From NCBI RefSeq assembly GCF_052425735.1, contig NC_135761.1, forward strand, positions 33,480,001 to 33,544,000: 64,000 nt of DNA. Reading direction: 5' to 3'. Below the pieces are notes generated by a model. The model did not search any database. It was not told where the DNA came from and worked only from the letters and a program-made list of their open reading frames with translations. Origin of the DNA: Oculina patagonica (lineage: Eukaryota). Below, in pieces: positions 60,626 to 64,000 of the stretch. Both the position numbers and the translations under genes were made by a program. Position 1 is the first letter of the stretch. The number at the start of each line of letters is the position of its first letter.

Positions 60626-61260
60626 CGTAATGCGAATATCTTATCAGACCAGATCATTTCACTGCAGCTACGAATTTCTACCAAGAAATTTCATAAAATT
60701 ACTGTCAGGTTCTAGGGAAAGAAAAGGAAAGATAAAAAGGAAAGATATTCTGGTGTTTACCCTGTCCTTTGGACCATAAAAGGTGAAGCGAAGTCTTGTA
60801 ATGACACGTAAAATCATCGTTTCAAAGCACGAAAAAAATCTACCAGGCACTCTGAAATCGAGGGAGACTGGGACTAAGCGTGAATATTAATATTGCCGCT
60901 ATAAATAAGAGACAGACGCTGTTGGCATTTTACGCCCCGGAACCTAAAAAAAAAAAAGGTCAAACGAGGTCAATTCTTCGCAGGGTAAGTTGAATACATT
61001 AAAAGGTTAGGGTTTTGCCTAGAAACTTGAAAAGTTTGCACTGATTTATTGCGTAACGTTCGCGTATCATTTCGAATACGAAAAATTAAAATCACATGTT
61101 CAACTTACCTTTGTCTAGTGTCTTATTTCGGAAAATGGTGATCTATCTTTCTTCAGATCTGTTTCTGAGTAACACAATTTTCTTCAGATCTGTTTACACT
61201 GGTTGACTTCATACATACAACAAAGTAATCTTAAAATTACCCAAAATGCACTCCAAAATC

Positions 61261-63231
61261 TACTCCATTGTCGGCCCTAAACGCGTCCACTACAACCCCT
61301 CCGAGCCTGTTAACTGTTGGACCGATTTTCAATGCGAATGCAGTTCCTTCCAGAGGGAGGACATGGTAGGGTGCATCCCTATCAGAATAACAGCCACCAG
61401 TTCTCGAGGGTAGTCATCCTTCTGGCGGGTCCAACCGAAGATGACTTACCTGGTGGACAATTGAGGCAACTGGTGCGAGACGAAATGCGTGAGGTCTGTG
61501 TGTGTTTTCGGTCAGGGATAACCAGCCAGGAGATCAGAACGTGCATCCTGCACGCTTTTCAAGGACAGGGGCACCTCAGGACGATGACGTAAGTACAATA
61601 ATTCCCTTTTTTTTTCCTTTTTTTTCTGCTTGGTGCTGCAGACATGGATGGTGTCATAGAGGGATACATCAAAGACGTTTTAATAAAAACTGTCAGGGCC
61701 ACAGAAGGAGAAGAAGTAAGTGGTAATAATATACATGCTTATGGCCTCTGATTATATCAATCTTGGCTGGGGTTTTTTCAGGCTAGTTATTAAAAAGGTG
61801 TTCAAACGGCCTGTTTGAGTGACTGCTTATTTAATGAGAGCTTTCGGCTACACAAAGGGTGTTTAGGACTTACATAAGGTTCCTAAACGAACTTAACCTT
61901 CAAATCAACCAAGGAATATTAGGACAAAAAAGTCTCACCAATTCCTAATGCAACAAAGTAAAAAAAAAAGCACTGTGTAGGAATGTTCATTCATGTATGC
62001 AAGTAACTACTTTTATATGGAACTGTTATCATTTGTTTCTTTTCAGGTTCTTGAATTTTGTTATCAGGATTATACCCTGACTAAATGCCTGTGGGGTGAA
62101 AGTATCACATACAGTGTTCCTGCTGTCACCAGTTTCATAAAGCAGTTTACACCTGCGAGATTCCTCCTGTTTCAGAGGCGATGATAAGAAAGTTAACACA
62201 AAACGATGACATTGGTTGCGTTGGCAACGCTTGAGCATGTCCGAAATTTCTGTTCTAACGGAAAAATATGAAGAGAACATGGAAATTCTACAAAGTTAAT
62301 TTGGTTGGACAGATTGATATGTTTAGTGAGACACCCTCGTTCACTGGCCTCCAAGACTTTAAAACAAATTCAAAATATCAAGCAGAGGAATCAAGAAAAG
62401 CAAGGTGATGACTTCACTGAGCTCATACAAATGCTAAATGAGGATGCCCGAGATCCTAAATCCTGCTAAATTTTGTGCTGGGAGTAGTCACCACCCTCAA
62501 CTTTGGCCAATATGATGTCAAATTGACAACATATCGTCACTTGCTCCTGCGGACAAAGAAGATTCTCATCCAGTGGGAATTGGCCCCATACTGCTTCATC
62601 AGAAAAAGAAGCCTGGTAGCTACTATGAGTTGTCCTGAGATGAACTGAATGCATTGTGGCATGATGTTAAGGTCAAGACCTGGAGTTTACCTACTGAAGG
62701 AGCAGAAAATACGCGCTGCACTTTTATGTTGTGCATCAGACATACCAGTTGCTTCTTAACTATGTGGTTTTGTCGGACACAGTGCAAATTGCGGATGTTC
62801 TCACTGCAACAAGTTTTTCCCTGGTAGTTTTGCTGAGAAAAAGGATTACACTGGGTTTGATCGCAGCTTGTGGCCCAAATGAACCGATGCTTCTCACTGA
62901 CAAAATGCTAGGAGGCTAGAGCAATGCAGAAACAAGACACATGCTTGGAACAAGATACACAAGTTTGCTGAAGCTGCCGTATTATTGTAGTATTACCATG
63001 TGCACCATTGATTCCATGCACAATCTGTTTCTGGGGTTGGCAACGAAAATGTTCAAAATCTGGTGTGAAGATGGCTTGTTAAAAAGAAAAAGCAACGAAA
63101 AGTACCGGTATATGCAATTTAATTCTGGGATTTGTAAGGGAATCTAAAGTATAGGATACCTTGTTATTTTACTTGTTTATAAGCTTAAGACTTTAAGATT
63201 AAGAATTTAATCTTAATCTTAAAGGGGAGTT
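61261..63231 (+). repeat. Copy B of the ~2-kb duplication (uninterrupted), including an EnSpm transposase fragment at ~62655-63095
   Basis: Colinear with 51870-55790; IDSMHNLFLGLATKMFKIW retained. Confidence 0.95.
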
Positions 63232-64000
63232 GTAGCCTATGGGTTTAAAAATTTTATTGTCTCAAATACTTTTAACTGAAATTTGGAACTTTCACAGATT
63301 CAAAAATACGGACAAGAGCACACAATGTTTTGCGGAGCAAGTTCCCAAGCTCGGATGCTGCAGAGGTCCATTATAATCTAACATTAATTTACTGCTTGGA
63401 GGAGTTGGATTTGTCAGACCACAAAGAAAACAGGATGCGCAGATCACTAACAGTCGTAGACAAGGTCACTTAAACACCAGCCCTTTAAAAAACAGCCAAC
63501 CAGCCATTCATGTGGAGGATGTTAAGAATGTAATATCAGTACTTGATGATGCAAGTCTTAGTGAAATTGCCTACATGTCATTTCTTAAACTTGCCATTAA
63601 GAATGGTATAGACACAAATCCAGTTGACTTTGCATTACAGTCCATCAGAGCGATGACTGTGTTTGTAGCCATGTTAGCCAATCTCTTTATTGGACTCTTT
63701 ATTTTATGAATGATGCTTTTTGTTCACCTGCAGAAATTGTTTTACTGATTGGATTAATTCGTTTTCTCGTGAGTATTCATATGTTGCCATAGGACCATGT
63801 TTAAACATTGGTGCCAATACTGTGATTGTCCCTACCAGTAAGTGAAATTTTTAAAGATGTTGTTGTTCTTCTTGCCACCTCCCGGCTGCAAGTATTAAAA
63901 ATCCTACCCTACTATGGGCGACGACGATAGAGAAACATTGTTTCGCTGTGAAAGAAAGTTATCTGATGAAATTATGGCATTTCTGTGTCAGGCTGACAGT

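Noticed and set aside
63290-64000. Exon-like segments at the window end
   Set aside because: No recognisable motif or consistent frame; cannot support a call.

Overview
This is AT-rich eukaryotic DNA with GT-AG introns and no intact host gene. The repeat families resemble those I know from stony corals/cnidarians (inference, not a database result). The window is a dense mosaic of short, decayed fragments from many mobile-element groups: AcademH (DUF6589 transposase plus convergent RecQ-type helicase), AcademX (XPG-like), EnSpm/CACTA, Crypton, Mutator/NOF, Harbinger Myb, pogo MITEs, Helitron-like Rep, BEL/Pao gag, L2/CR1, Tx1, several Penelope-like elements, tRNA-derived SINEs and tandem repeats. 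Highlights: (1) about 30 of about 33 recognisable coding remnants lie on the + strand, as expected for a uni-strand piRNA-cluster-like transposon trap; (2) an endogenous parvovirus NS1 (SF3 helicase) fossil at ~32.0-32.5 kb; (3) an intron-containing RAG1/Transib-like transposase pseudogene at 36.1-38.1 kb with a duplicated exon at 33.0 kb; (4) a DUF3987/YfjI-like NTPase pseudogene in two copies; (5) one canonical and two variant type I hammerhead ribozyme motifs; (6) a ~2 kb local duplication whose second copy supplies empty insertion sites. All protein family calls come from manual translation and motif recognition and need HMM/BLAST confirmation.
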